Part shown: piece by piece, positions 23,549 to 32,713 of the stretch | How the letters are laid out: each line of letters starts with the position of its first letter | Position numbering within the stretch: position 1 is the stretch's first letter | Program-made: the position numbers and the translations under genes | The notes under the pieces: model-generated | Told to the model about the DNA's origin: nothing | Database searches by the model: none | The model's input: only the letters and a program-made list of their open reading frames with translations | Assembly: GCA_965214605.1 (NCBI GenBank) | Contig: OZ243961.1 | Span: forward strand, 128,001 to 192,000 | Direction of reading: 5' to 3' | DNA length: 64,000 nt | Source: an uncultured Candidatus Binatia bacterium | GTDB taxonomy: Bacteria; Desulfobacterota; Binatia; Bin18

Positions 23549-24838
23549 ATGACAAGAACCGTCACAAACGGCTCTGTAACGAGGATAAATGGCGAGGCTG
23601 AGAGCTTGAAATGGCACGATCGCTATCCACATCTTGACCGGGGGCCGGTCGCGGCCGAGGTCTTCACCTCCCCTGAGCAGTTTGAGCTGGAGCGGGAGCA
23701 TATCTTTAAGAAGGTCTGGCTCAACGTTGGCCGGGTTGAGCAGATTCCCAATCCGGGTGACTATCTGGTGAGAGATATTGCTATGTGTCAGACCTCAATC
23801 CTGGTCGTGCGCGACCAAGAAGGTCAGGTACACGCCTTCCACAATATGTGCTCCCACCGCGGCAATAAGATCGCCTGGAATGAGCGGGGCCAGTGTCAGA
23901 TGTTCACCTGCAAGTTTCACGGTTGGTCGTACGCTTTGGACGGCGCGCTCAAATTCGTTCCTGATGAAGAGAATTTTTTTGATCTGCAAAAAGACCAACT
24001 CGGCCTGACAGCGGTCGCCTGCGAGGTGTGGCAGGGATTCATTTTCATCAACCTCGCTCCTCAGCCTCAGGAGACCCTTTCGGAATATCTGGGGGAATTG
24101 GGCAGCGGCTTGGACGGCTATCCGTTTGACGAAGTTTCGGCCACCAGCGCTTCGTGGACAACCGAGGTGCGGGCTAACTGGAAAGTGGTGAAGGACGCCT
24201 TTCAGGAGATCTACCACGTTGGCTTTCTCCACCGTCGTTCCGCTCCCGATTCTTTTACTAGCAAGACCAATCCGTACGGGCACGCTCTCGACTTTCGGCT
24301 CTATCCCCGCCACGGCAGCGCTTCGGTCTTTGGCAACATGGAGGTTGAGCCGACTCCGGTGGCGTCCTTGGCGTTCAAGCATGGGACCTTTCTCATCCGC
24401 AAAGATTTTAACATGGACGCGCTGCCGGCCGGGGTGAATCCCCTCCGACACGACCAGTGGACCTTGGATCTCAACGTCATTTTTCCGTGCTTTTTTGTCG
24501 ATGTGTCCGAGGGTTCGTATTTCACCCATAATTTCTGGCCGATCGCGGTCGATCGGACGATCTGGCACTCCACCCAGTACTTTCCTCGGGCAAAAACCGT
24601 GGGGCAGCGTTTTATGCAGGAGGACGGCCACGTGTTGTTCCGTGATATTATCTTGGAAGACGGTCGGACTTTGGAAGAAACCCAGCGGATGCTTGGCTCA
24701 GGGGCCAAAAAGGGATTCTATCTGCAGGATGAAGAAATCCTGGTCCGCCATAGTCACCACGTGGTTGAACAGATGATCGCCGATCAGCCCGTTTCGGCCG
24801 TTTCTGAAGGGAACGGAAAAGAGGCCGCCCATGCCTGA
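23549..24838 (+). CDS. Rieske aromatic ring-hydroxylating oxygenase alpha subunit
   Basis: Rieske CSHRG...CKFHGW; mononuclear Fe ligands EIYHVGFLH...ED; ANWK. Confidence 0.95.
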   Translation: MTRTVTNGSVTRINGEAESLKWHDRYPHLDRGPVAAEVFTSPEQFELEREHIFKKVWLNVGRVEQIPNPGDYLVRDIAMCQTSILVVRDQEGQVHAFHNMCSHRGNKIAWNERGQCQMFTCKFHGWSYALDGALKFVPDEENFFDLQKDQLGLTAVACEVWQGFIFINLAPQPQETLSEYLGELGSGLDGYPFDEVSATSASWTTEVRANWKVVKDAFQEIYHVGFLHRRSAPDSFTSKTNPYGHALDFRLYPRHGSASVFGNMEVEPTPVASLAFKHGTFLIRKDFNMDALPAGVNPLRHDQWTLDLNVIFPCFFVDVSEGSYFTHNFWPIAVDRTIWHSTQYFPRAKTVGQRFMQEDGHVLFRDIILEDGRTLEETQRMLGSGAKKGFYLQDEEILVRHSHHVVEQMIADQPVSAVSEGNGKEAAHA

Positions 24839-25166
24839 GCCTGGTCTGCCCGAGGCTTTCCGCGACCTGGAGCCGTGGCTGGCCTGGTGCTTAGCAACTG
24901 AGAAGGAACGCAGTGACAAGCGTCAGGTCAGCAGCCTGGCCGAGCTGCAGGCGTTTTATGACAGCGTGTTGACCCGGATGGAAGACATCTTTGCCTATGT
25001 AGAGCAATTCCCGCTGGATGATCTGCCCGCTGAGGCTCACCGTCTCTTCTTGTTGACGCTCTCTTTAGCTGAGGTTGCGCCGGCGATCGAACAGTTTGGT
25101 CAGCCGCAGGTAATTGACGGCTACGATATACAGCGGGTGACCGCGGTCCGGCGAGGAATCAGCTAA
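24831..25166 (+). CDS. Small helical hypothetical protein coupled to the Rieske gene
   Basis: 8-bp overlap with the Rieske stop; protein-like acidic helical sequence; host-like codon use. Confidence 0.8.
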   Translation: MPEPGLPEAFRDLEPWLAWCLATEKERSDKRQVSSLAELQAFYDSVLTRMEDIFAYVEQFPLDDLPAEAHRLFLLTLSLAEVAPAIEQFGQPQVIDGYDIQRVTAVRRGIS

Positions 25167-25277
25167 ATGAGTACTTGTCGTTTGCTCCTCTTTTCTTGAG
25201 GCGACGGTGAGGATAATAGAAAAATATCCCAGGTACACCCAAAAGCTGGGAGAAGCTGCAAGTGAGGAGGATAGCGT

Positions 25278-26627
25278 ATGCATTTTATGTGGTTTACTGA
25301 ACGGGCCTATCATTATGATCCTGAAGAGGATCCGGCCAGATACAATGAACTTGAAACCGACATCGTCCGTAGACGAAGCTTCTTTGGCGCGCCCAACCGT
25401 CTGTTTGATCCCAAACACGGCGCCCGGCTCCTGAACCAGTATTTGGACGAGAAGATTTATACCGATCAAGAGCTGCTGAATTTTGACGGTGTGATGCTCA
25501 ATGAGCACCACGGGACGCCGTTCTGCTTGGGCGCGGTTATGGACGTTGAGGCCTCCATTCTGGCCAAGGCCACCAAGCGGGTCAAAATTGCCCTGCTTGG
25601 CAATCCCGTACCGACCGTGTCCAACGCCCTGCGTTTAGCCGAAGAGCTGGCCATGATTGATCTCGTTTCAGAGGGACGTATGGTTACCGGCTGGGTACGC
25701 GGCGCTGGCTCTGAGCAACTCGCCAACAACGCCAATCCCGCCCTCAACCGAGAGTATTTCGAGGAAGGTATTGACTTTATCATCAAAGCTTGGACGACCC
25801 CTGGTCCGTTCCGCTATGAGGGCAAACACTTCCACTTCCGCCATGTCAATCCGTGGGTGTTGCCCCATCAGCAGCCCCATCCACAGATGTGGATTCCCGG
25901 CCTGATCAGTCCCGACACAGTCTTCTGGTGCGCCAAGCGGCGCTACCCCTACGTTGCGCTCGCCACCCGTCTGGAACCAACGCTGGAGTTGTGGGATTTT
26001 TACGCCAAGGCGGCAGCCCGCGAGGGCTACCAAGCCGGGCCCGAGAACTTTGGCTATCTGCAGCCGGTGATGGTTGCCGATACCCAGGAACGGGCCGAGG
26101 AACTAGGCAAACGCATTCTGTACGGCGGGGCTTTTGCCCACTTTGCCCGTCCGGAATGGATGTTCCCGCCGGGCTATAATTCAAAGGCGGCGACCCGCCG
26201 TTTGGCCCAGAGCAATTTTGGCATCAATGCGTCCGCCAAGCCCCTGTACGGCGACGGCTTCGAAGAGACCGATGAAGAGGTCGAAGGGGTCAAGGAGACG
26301 ATCTATAATAGCTATCCCGATGTGCTCAAAGATATGGTCATGATCGCTGGGACGCCGGACGATGTCATTCCCAAACTCAAGAAGATTCAGGATATTCTGC
26401 GGCCCGGTATCTTTTCCTTTTGGCTCGACGGTCCGGTCTCGGCCAAGGACCGCAGGCGGTGCTTGGAGTTGATCAACCGCGATGTCATTCCGGCCATGCG
26501 TGAGCACGGCAAATCGCTCGGTCTCGTGAGCCCGTATGAGCGGGTCCCCGGTTCGGTCCCGTTGAACGGCAGCGAGCCGGCTCCGGTGAGCGACCCGCAG
26601 GCTTTGGCCGAGCTGATGGCGGCCTGA
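25278..26627 (+). CDS. LLM-class (luciferase-like) flavin-dependent oxidoreductase
   Basis: LNEHHGTP, RLAEELAMIDLVSEGR, PHQQPHPQMW; GAGGAGG RBS. Confidence 0.93.
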   Translation: MHFMWFTERAYHYDPEEDPARYNELETDIVRRRSFFGAPNRLFDPKHGARLLNQYLDEKIYTDQELLNFDGVMLNEHHGTPFCLGAVMDVEASILAKATKRVKIALLGNPVPTVSNALRLAEELAMIDLVSEGRMVTGWVRGAGSEQLANNANPALNREYFEEGIDFIIKAWTTPGPFRYEGKHFHFRHVNPWVLPHQQPHPQMWIPGLISPDTVFWCAKRRYPYVALATRLEPTLELWDFYAKAAAREGYQAGPENFGYLQPVMVADTQERAEELGKRILYGGAFAHFARPEWMFPPGYNSKAATRRLAQSNFGINASAKPLYGDGFEETDEEVEGVKETIYNSYPDVLKDMVMIAGTPDDVIPKLKKIQDILRPGIFSFWLDGPVSAKDRRRCLELINRDVIPAMREHGKSLGLVSPYERVPGSVPLNGSEPAPVSDPQALAELMAA

Positions 26628-26674
26628 GGCTTTCTTTCCTGGCAGGGCGAGAGTCTTGCCAGACAGAAAACCTC
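26626..26674. terminator. Stem-loop directly after the LLM gene
   Basis: CTGGCAGGGC-GAGA-GTCTTGCCAG (G-U pairs) with outer GAGG..TTTCT/AGAAA..CCTC pairing. Confidence 0.55.
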
Positions 26675-27294
26675 AGATACTCCCCTTCGATACATCCACT
26701 TCCCGTTTGAGTCCTGGAAGCCGACGGGTTTAATACCGTCTAGGCTGAAGCCCCGGGGGGCCGTGTTGCGTGAGGGCAATCCTGGGCTTTCCCAAGTAAG
26801 GTCCTAGTATGAACCGGTAGGAAGTCTGCACCCGCCCGGAATGATAAAACCTCTCCTCTAAAATTGCGCTCTCTGGACAGGAGAAGGAGCCTCCCACCAA
26901 AGAGTCTACCATGCCGTGCTCTCAGGAACGATTGCCGTTCTCTTAGGTCGGCCCGGAGACGTCAGGCCCGACACAGTCTTATGGGACAATTCTCACCGAA
27001 CGCGTACTCTGGAGCTCCTCGGGGACAAAAGTGACCGTTGGGGCCTGGGCCTCAGCAGAGCCCCGCCATCAGACCAGGGACGAAGCAGAATGCTCGGTCG
27101 CTTCCGGCGTCTGTGTGGAAATCCTGTCTCTGAGCAATACCTGAGGAAGAAGTTCAGGAGAAAAAAGCGTGGACAGGAGAACCGGCGAAAAGAGTTCCGA
27201 CGCTATAACCGGACTCTCTTGAGTATTTTGACCGCTCAGGACCCATTGCTCGGTCTGCCGTCTTCCCCGATTTTCCGCCGTACAAGTTGGATGT

Positions 27295-28317
27295 TTAATG
27301 TAACCCCGGCATTACCTCTTTGGCAAACAGCTCCATCGACTGCTGACTCTTGGTCGGATCCAAGCCGGGTAGATGCATGCCCATGACGATATGGGTCGTC
27401 CGGATAGTGTTGGTCATACTTTCGATCTCGCGGCCGACTTCTTCTGGGGTGCCAACAAGTGGTGCGCCGATGAGTTGATCGGTGACATTGCGCAGTTCTG
27501 AGGCGGGCGGGAGCTGGGCGAATTTTTCGGCTCCGGCAAAGTCTTTGGCCTCGGCCAGCCAGCGGCCGTACCAGCTCAACATATAGTGCAAGTGGTCTTG
27601 GACGTTGTCCCAGGCTTGATCGTGGGTCGAGCCGACGTGTACCCAGCGGAGCTGGGCAGCGTGAAAATCTTCGGGGTCATGGCCGTGAGTGCGGAGCGCA
27701 CTGTCGTAGATGTCTTGGGCGGTAGGATCCGAAGTCCCCAAGAAGTGGCACCCCATCCGGGCTGCCCGCTCAACGGCTTTTTTCTGCCCAGCTCCAATCC
27801 AAATTGGCGGGTGCGGGGTTTGGGCCGGTTTAGGCACTAAACTGATGTTCTTCAAGTCGTAATGTCGGCCTTGGTAGGAGAACGGATCTTGGGTCCACAT
27901 GCCCCGAATAACCTCAATGCCTTCTTCTAGCCGCGAGGCACGCTCTCTGCGGGGAATGCCGTAGCCCTCAAACTCTGAGGGGGCATAGCCCTGTCCGAAG
28001 CCCATATCAAAACGACCGTTGGAGATAACATCGACGGTCGCCGCATCTTCGCCAACCCGCACGGCGTTGTGCAAGGGGAGTAGTAACAGAAAGGTGCCGA
28101 TCCGCACCCGGCTCGTCATGGTCGCAATCGCGCCAGCAATTGGCAGCAAGGATGGCGAATAGCCGTCCTCGGCAAAATGGTGTTCGGTTAGCCAAATGGT
28201 GTCATAACCGAGTTCCTCGGCAATCTGGGTCTGTTTGAGCTGTTCGGCGTAGAACTCGGGGAAGGGTTTGCGCCACTGGGGGGGATTGCGAAAGGGAAAC
28301 AGTAAGCCAACGTCCAT
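27295..28317 (-). CDS. LLM-class flavin-dependent oxidoreductase
   Basis: AEELGYDTIWLTEHHF, VDVISNGRF, PKPAQTPHPPIWIG. Confidence 0.94.
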   Translation of the reverse strand: MDVGLLFPFRNPPQWRKPFPEFYAEQLKQTQIAEELGYDTIWLTEHHFAEDGYSPSLLPIAGAIATMTSRVRIGTFLLLLPLHNAVRVGEDAATVDVISNGRFDMGFGQGYAPSEFEGYGIPRRERASRLEEGIEVIRGMWTQDPFSYQGRHYDLKNISLVPKPAQTPHPPIWIGAGQKKAVERAARMGCHFLGTSDPTAQDIYDSALRTHGHDPEDFHAAQLRWVHVGSTHDQAWDNVQDHLHYMLSWYGRWLAEAKDFAGAEKFAQLPPASELRNVTDQLIGAPLVGTPEEVGREIESMTNTIRTTHIVMGMHLPGLDPTKSQQSMELFAKEVMPGLH

Positions 28318-28377
28318 ATCATCCTCCTTCAGCTTGGAGACGGTCTGTGAGATACTGATCCGTCCGCTGTTCTGAGC

Positions 28378-29349
28378 CTAGCCGCCGAAATAACTCTTTG
28401 GGTTCTCAACTGTCATGGCTTGGATTGTGCCTTCGCTGACCCCGGCTTTACTCAGGGTTGGAATAATGTTTTTCAGAATATGGGTGTAGTTGTTGTTGGG
28501 GCAGGCGGCCACAAAATCGTCCCAGGTTTTGCTGGGCCGACCCATCAGACAGTGTACGGCGTCATGGGAGAGCATGATCCGGTCATAGCCGACCGCCAAT
28601 AATCCAATCAGGGAGGCGAGCCGCATTTTATCCGGTGCAATCACGTCGATTCCAAACCGGTCAAAGCCCAACCATGCCCCGCGCTCCAAAATATCGAAGT
28701 AATAGCGCATATTGCCGACCCCGCAGGCGTGACCGATCAACACCCGGTTAAAATCGACCCCTTCCTCTTCAAACACGTCTAGCGTCTCACGACCGAACGG
28801 TCCAAGTTCATCGTTGTGGCACAGAATCGGAACACCGGTCGCGGTGTGCGCCCGGGCGGCGGCGCGCAAACAGTTCTCCTCGTGTTTGCCAATCGTGGTG
28901 GCGGTTTCGGTCATCCCTGGAATTCCGCCTGTAGCGGTCTTGATCAGGCCGGCTTTGATCCCCGTTTTATCCATCCCTTCGGTAATCTCGCGAACGTAAA
29001 CCTCGGCAATGTCGTCGGGCGCCAGACTGCGGAAGTGGGGTGGGATCCCCAGCGCTTCGTTGTAGAGGCCGGTCGCCATAATAACGTTTAGGCCGGCTTT
29101 TTCTGCGCATTCCGCGGCAAACTCAGGATCGCGGCCCAGCTCCATGGGACACGGGTCAACAAACGACGTGACACCTAGAGATTTGATCTCTCTCAGTTTT
29201 TCGACCGCTCCGGCGATCTCTTTTTTGCGGTCAAAGCGCCAGTTATCCCACTCATAACCGGGGAAACCAACAGTGAGATGTTCGTGGATGAGGGTGAAAC
29301 CTAGATCGTCCGTTGTTTTATCGCCCAGGACTGTTTGAACCGTTGCCAT
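28378..29349 (-). CDS. Phosphotriesterase-family protein
   Basis: VQTVLG, TLIHEHL, ATGLY, IKAGLIK, IGHA, FDRFG, LSHD. Confidence 0.93.
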   Translation of the reverse strand: MATVQTVLGDKTTDDLGFTLIHEHLTVGFPGYEWDNWRFDRKKEIAGAVEKLREIKSLGVTSFVDPCPMELGRDPEFAAECAEKAGLNVIMATGLYNEALGIPPHFRSLAPDDIAEVYVREITEGMDKTGIKAGLIKTATGGIPGMTETATTIGKHEENCLRAAARAHTATGVPILCHNDELGPFGRETLDVFEEEGVDFNRVLIGHACGVGNMRYYFDILERGAWLGFDRFGIDVIAPDKMRLASLIGLLAVGYDRIMLSHDAVHCLMGRPSKTWDDFVAACPNNNYTHILKNIIPTLSKAGVSEGTIQAMTVENPKSYFGG

Positions 29350-29498
29350 ACGTTGCTCCTTTCGTCTGGTCGCTCTCCGCCAGATCATACATGCCTCGAT
29401 TTCAACCGCAAGGAGCCGGCGTGTGCTCAGTCCTTGCCGAGAGCCAGGAGGATGGCCATAATAATAGAACCCACAATGTCAGCTCAGGAGTAAACTTC

Positions 29499-30734
29499 AT
29501 GCCAGTCCCCTCAACTGAACGACAGCAACGCTTCCTTGATATCGCAGCCGCCCACGCCAAAGACTTTAAAACACGTGTTGCCGAACACGACCGTGACAGT
29601 AGTTTCCCGCACGAGAACGTCGAGGCGATGAAAGCGTCCGGTTATACGGCGTTGATCGTCCCCGAGGAGTTAGGTGGGGGAGGGGCTAGCCCGCTAGACG
29701 TTACGCTGGCCCAAGAACGTCTGTCCCAGGGTGACCTACCAATGGCGATCGCGGTGAATATGCACCATATTGTTGTTGCCCTGCTAGCCGACCTGTGGCG
29801 CCTCAATCAGCGGGGCGAGGGTCCCCAGCTGGACGCGACTGAAAAGCTGCTCCGTGCAACGGTCAGTGAAAAGCTTATCTTTTGTGGACCGGTCAGTGAC
29901 CCCAAGATGAACAGCTCAATCGGCTTTGCCGGGATCAACGATACGACCCGCCGAGCGACTAGGGTGGACGGCGGCTATCGACTTAACGGCCGCAGCGGGT
30001 TTGGCACGATGTCCGCGGGGGCGGACTATGTCCTGACCACTGCCCGCTGTGATGACGACGATCCGGATAAGGGGCCGCAGTGTCTGCTGTGTTTCTTTGA
30101 GGCTTCGGCCCCGGGCGTCCAGGTTCAGGACAACTGGGATACGATGAGTATCCGTTCGTCGCAGAGCAACGATGTGGTCTGGGACAATGTGTTTGTGGCG
30201 GACGACGCGGCGGTGCTACGCCCAGCCCAGAGCTGGGATGTCTTGGCTAATATCACCGCCTCGTGGTGGGTCGCCTCAGGCCCGGCCTGTTACCTCGGGC
30301 TGGCCCAGGCCGCGCGGGATTATGCCATGGACTGGGTGTCGGGGCGGAGCCAAGAGCCGTTTGAGCAGCCGATGACCCACTATCCCAGTAACCAACTGTT
30401 GGCGGCCGAGATGGAGATTGGTCTGCGCTCGGCACGCGCCATGCTGTATCAAGCGATTGCCCCCCACGCCGATCTAGGCCTGCGTATTCAGGACGACTTA
30501 GTCGGCCTGATCTCGTGCTATCAGTTTGTGATGGAGAGCTGTGTGCGGGTAGTGGATCAAGCCATGCGTATGGTCGGTGGCGCGGCCCTGTTCAAGAAGA
30601 ATCCGCTCGAACAGATGTACCGTGATGTCCGGGCCGCCGTTATTCACCAGCCATTTGCCGGTCTGGACGGCAAGGCCTTGCTGGGTCGGCGGACCTTTGG
30701 GTTGCCGGTCTACACCCGACCGCGTTTTATTTAG
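29499..30734 (+). CDS. Acyl-CoA dehydrogenase-family protein / monooxygenase
   Basis: VPEELGGGG, NMHH, DNWDTMSIRSSQSND, PLEQMYRDVRA; AGGAG RBS before the ATG at 29499. Confidence 0.88.
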   Translation: MPVPSTERQQRFLDIAAAHAKDFKTRVAEHDRDSSFPHENVEAMKASGYTALIVPEELGGGGASPLDVTLAQERLSQGDLPMAIAVNMHHIVVALLADLWRLNQRGEGPQLDATEKLLRATVSEKLIFCGPVSDPKMNSSIGFAGINDTTRRATRVDGGYRLNGRSGFGTMSAGADYVLTTARCDDDDPDKGPQCLLCFFEASAPGVQVQDNWDTMSIRSSQSNDVVWDNVFVADDAAVLRPAQSWDVLANITASWWVASGPACYLGLAQAARDYAMDWVSGRSQEPFEQPMTHYPSNQLLAAEMEIGLRSARAMLYQAIAPHADLGLRIQDDLVGLISCYQFVMESCVRVVDQAMRMVGGAALFKKNPLEQMYRDVRAAVIHQPFAGLDGKALLGRRTFGLPVYTRPRFI

Positions 30735-30778
30735 AGCACAAATGAGCGAGCAAAAGACACAGAATTAAGGAGGAAGCT

Positions 30779-31111
30779 ATGGCAGACACCGCAGCGGTTG
30801 TCAGCGCGGCCCGGGAAAAAGCGCGCAAGGTTGCCCCTAAGCTCATAGAACTGAGTGAGAAGGTGGTGTATGGCGACGTCTGGGAGCGAGCGGGTTTGTC
30901 CAAACGTGACCGGAGTTTGATTACCGTCGCCACCCTGATGTCGCTGTACCGGCCCGAGCAGCTGCGCCTCCATTTGCAACGCGCCCTAGATAACGGCGTG
31001 ACCCAAGAGGAAATTGGAGAACTCATTACCCATCTGGCGTTCTACTCTGGTTGGCCGACCGCAATGACCGCGGCCACGCTGGCCAATGAGGTTTTTGAGG
31101 CCCAAGATTAG
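30779..31111 (+). CDS. Carboxymuconolactone decarboxylase (CMD)-family protein
   Basis: YGDVWERAGLSKRDRSLIT...HLAFYSGWP. Confidence 0.93.
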   Translation: MADTAAVVSAAREKARKVAPKLIELSEKVVYGDVWERAGLSKRDRSLITVATLMSLYRPEQLRLHLQRALDNGVTQEEIGELITHLAFYSGWPTAMTAATLANEVFEAQD

Positions 31112-31128
31112 CGGCCGGGTCAATAGAG

Positions 31129-31172
31129 GCCAAGAGGGCAGCCTAGCCTCGGGGGCCGGGCTACCTTTTGGC
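31129..31172. terminator. Imperfect hairpin between convergent genes
   Basis: GCCAAGAGGGCAGCCTAGCCTC pairs with GGGGCCGGGCTACCTTTTGGC using G-U pairs. Confidence 0.55.
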
Positions 31173-31262
31173 TCCTCGTCACGAGGTACGCCCCGGCCGC
31201 TATCAAGCGGGGTGCCCCGGTCGAGAACGGACTGCGGGCAATGGTTGAGGAATGGGCACGTT

Positions 31263-31838
31263 TCAGCGGCTTCGTCCCATACTATAAAACTCGTCGTTGG
31301 GCCGCATGTCGGTCAGGTGTGCCATTCGGTTAGACAGGGCAAAGAAGGCGGCAATGGCACCGACATCCCAAATGTCCTCCTCGCTCAGGCCGTGGCGCTG
31401 GAGCTGGGCGCGGTCGGCGTCCTCAATCTCTTGGGGCCGCAGGGCGATTTTTACGGCGAAATCGAGCACCGCGCGCTGACGTGGCGTGAGATCGGCCCGG
31501 CGATAATTGACCGCAATTTGGTCGGCGATCAGAGGATTCTTTTCGTAAATCCGTAGAATCGCTCCATGCGCGATCACACAGTAGTGACAATCATTGGCGG
31601 CGCTGGTGGCCACGACAATCATCTCTCGTTCGGCTTTTGACAGGCCACTGTCTTTGAGCATCAGGGCGTCGTGATAATCAAAAAACGCCCGGAACTCGGC
31701 TGGCCGGCGGGCTAGAGCTAAAAATACATTAGGGATAAACCCGGCCTTGGCCTGCACCTTGGTGATCCGGGTACGGATGTCTTGGGGTAAATCTTCCAGC
31801 CGGGCGACTGGGTAACGGCTAATCGGACGGTCTGACAT
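31263..31838 (-). CDS. AhpD-like peroxidase-related enzyme
   Basis: GFIPNVF, EREMIVVATSAANDCHYCVIAHGA. Confidence 0.93.
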   Translation of the reverse strand: MSDRPISRYPVARLEDLPQDIRTRITKVQAKAGFIPNVFLALARRPAEFRAFFDYHDALMLKDSGLSKAEREMIVVATSAANDCHYCVIAHGAILRIYEKNPLIADQIAVNYRRADLTPRQRAVLDFAVKIALRPQEIEDADRAQLQRHGLSEEDIWDVGAIAAFFALSNRMAHLTDMRPNDEFYSMGRSR

Positions 31839-31863
31839 AGGCGGGTGCCCTTTCGTTAGAGTC

Positions 31864-32247
31864 TCAGTTCTTGTCGGTCACAAAGGTCACCACTTCGATG
31901 CGATTACCGTCGGGGTCGCGGATAAACGCGGCATAATAGCTGTCGTGGTACTCGGGCCGAAAACCCGGCTCACCATCAGACTGCGCTCCGGCTTGCAGGG
32001 CGGCCTCATAGCAGCGATCGACTGCCTCCTTACGGTTGGCGCGCAGCGCGATATGGACCCCGCTGTCCTCACTCACCCGTTCCATTTGGGAGCGGAGGTT
32101 GAGCCAGAACTCAGGATATTTTTTCCCAAAGCCGGTCGTGTCCCGGCGTTCGACCAGTTTGTTGAAGCCGATCGCGGCAAGAACGGTATGATAAAAGCTG
32201 GTGCTGCGTACCAGGTCACCCACGCTAATCGAGATATGGTCAATCAT
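31864..32247 (-). CDS. VOC/glyoxalase-family protein
   Basis: MIDHISI...HIAL...YYAAFIRDPDGNRIEVV. Confidence 0.93.
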   Translation of the reverse strand: MIDHISISVGDLVRSTSFYHTVLAAIGFNKLVERRDTTGFGKKYPEFWLNLRSQMERVSEDSGVHIALRANRKEAVDRCYEAALQAGAQSDGEPGFRPEYHDSYYAAFIRDPDGNRIEVVTFVTDKN

Positions 32248-32265
32248 GTTTTCCTCCCCGGATAT

Positions 32266-32559
32266 CTAGGTGGTAGACCCAGCGGTAGGTGGGCGGACGG
32301 GTGTCGGAAACGGGGCTTCGAGTATCTTACGGCCCGTCCGCTCTTCAAACACGTCGACCCACTCCACGAGCCGCTCAGGACGAATAGAAAAACCCTCGAC
32401 CCCGATCGCTTTGGCCACCTGGCGAGCGATGCTGCCGGCGCTCAGCGGCCGCTCCGGCCTGCCGCGATAGGCGACCGTCACAGAGTGGGAGATGTCGTCT
32501 TCAACGGTCCGATACAGGGCTCCAAAATGCAGTTGAATTGCTCTGTCAGCTCTACACAT
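32266..32559 (-). CDS. Hypothetical protein
   Basis: GGAGGG RBS before the ATG; co-oriented with the VOC gene; no recognisable motif. Confidence 0.5.
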   Translation of the reverse strand: MCRADRAIQLHFGALYRTVEDDISHSVTVAYRGRPERPLSAGSIARQVAKAIGVEGFSIRPERLVEWVDVFEERTGRKILEAPFPTPVRPPTAGSTT

Positions 32560-32713
32560 TGTCCGCCCTCCGGTGACGGCTGTGTCTGTTGACTTCTCTG
32601 TCCGGCCAGTCTATGCCTGCGGGCAGACTTCGTATAATATCAGAAATGATACGAAAAAGCCTAGGTGAGCCATGTACCGATCGAAACGGCACGGCAGCCA
32701 AAGGAGGAAGAGC

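Noticed and set aside
26916-27386. 156-aa ORF in the LLM spacer
   Set aside because: Overlaps the convergent gene's 3' end, has atypical composition and no motif.
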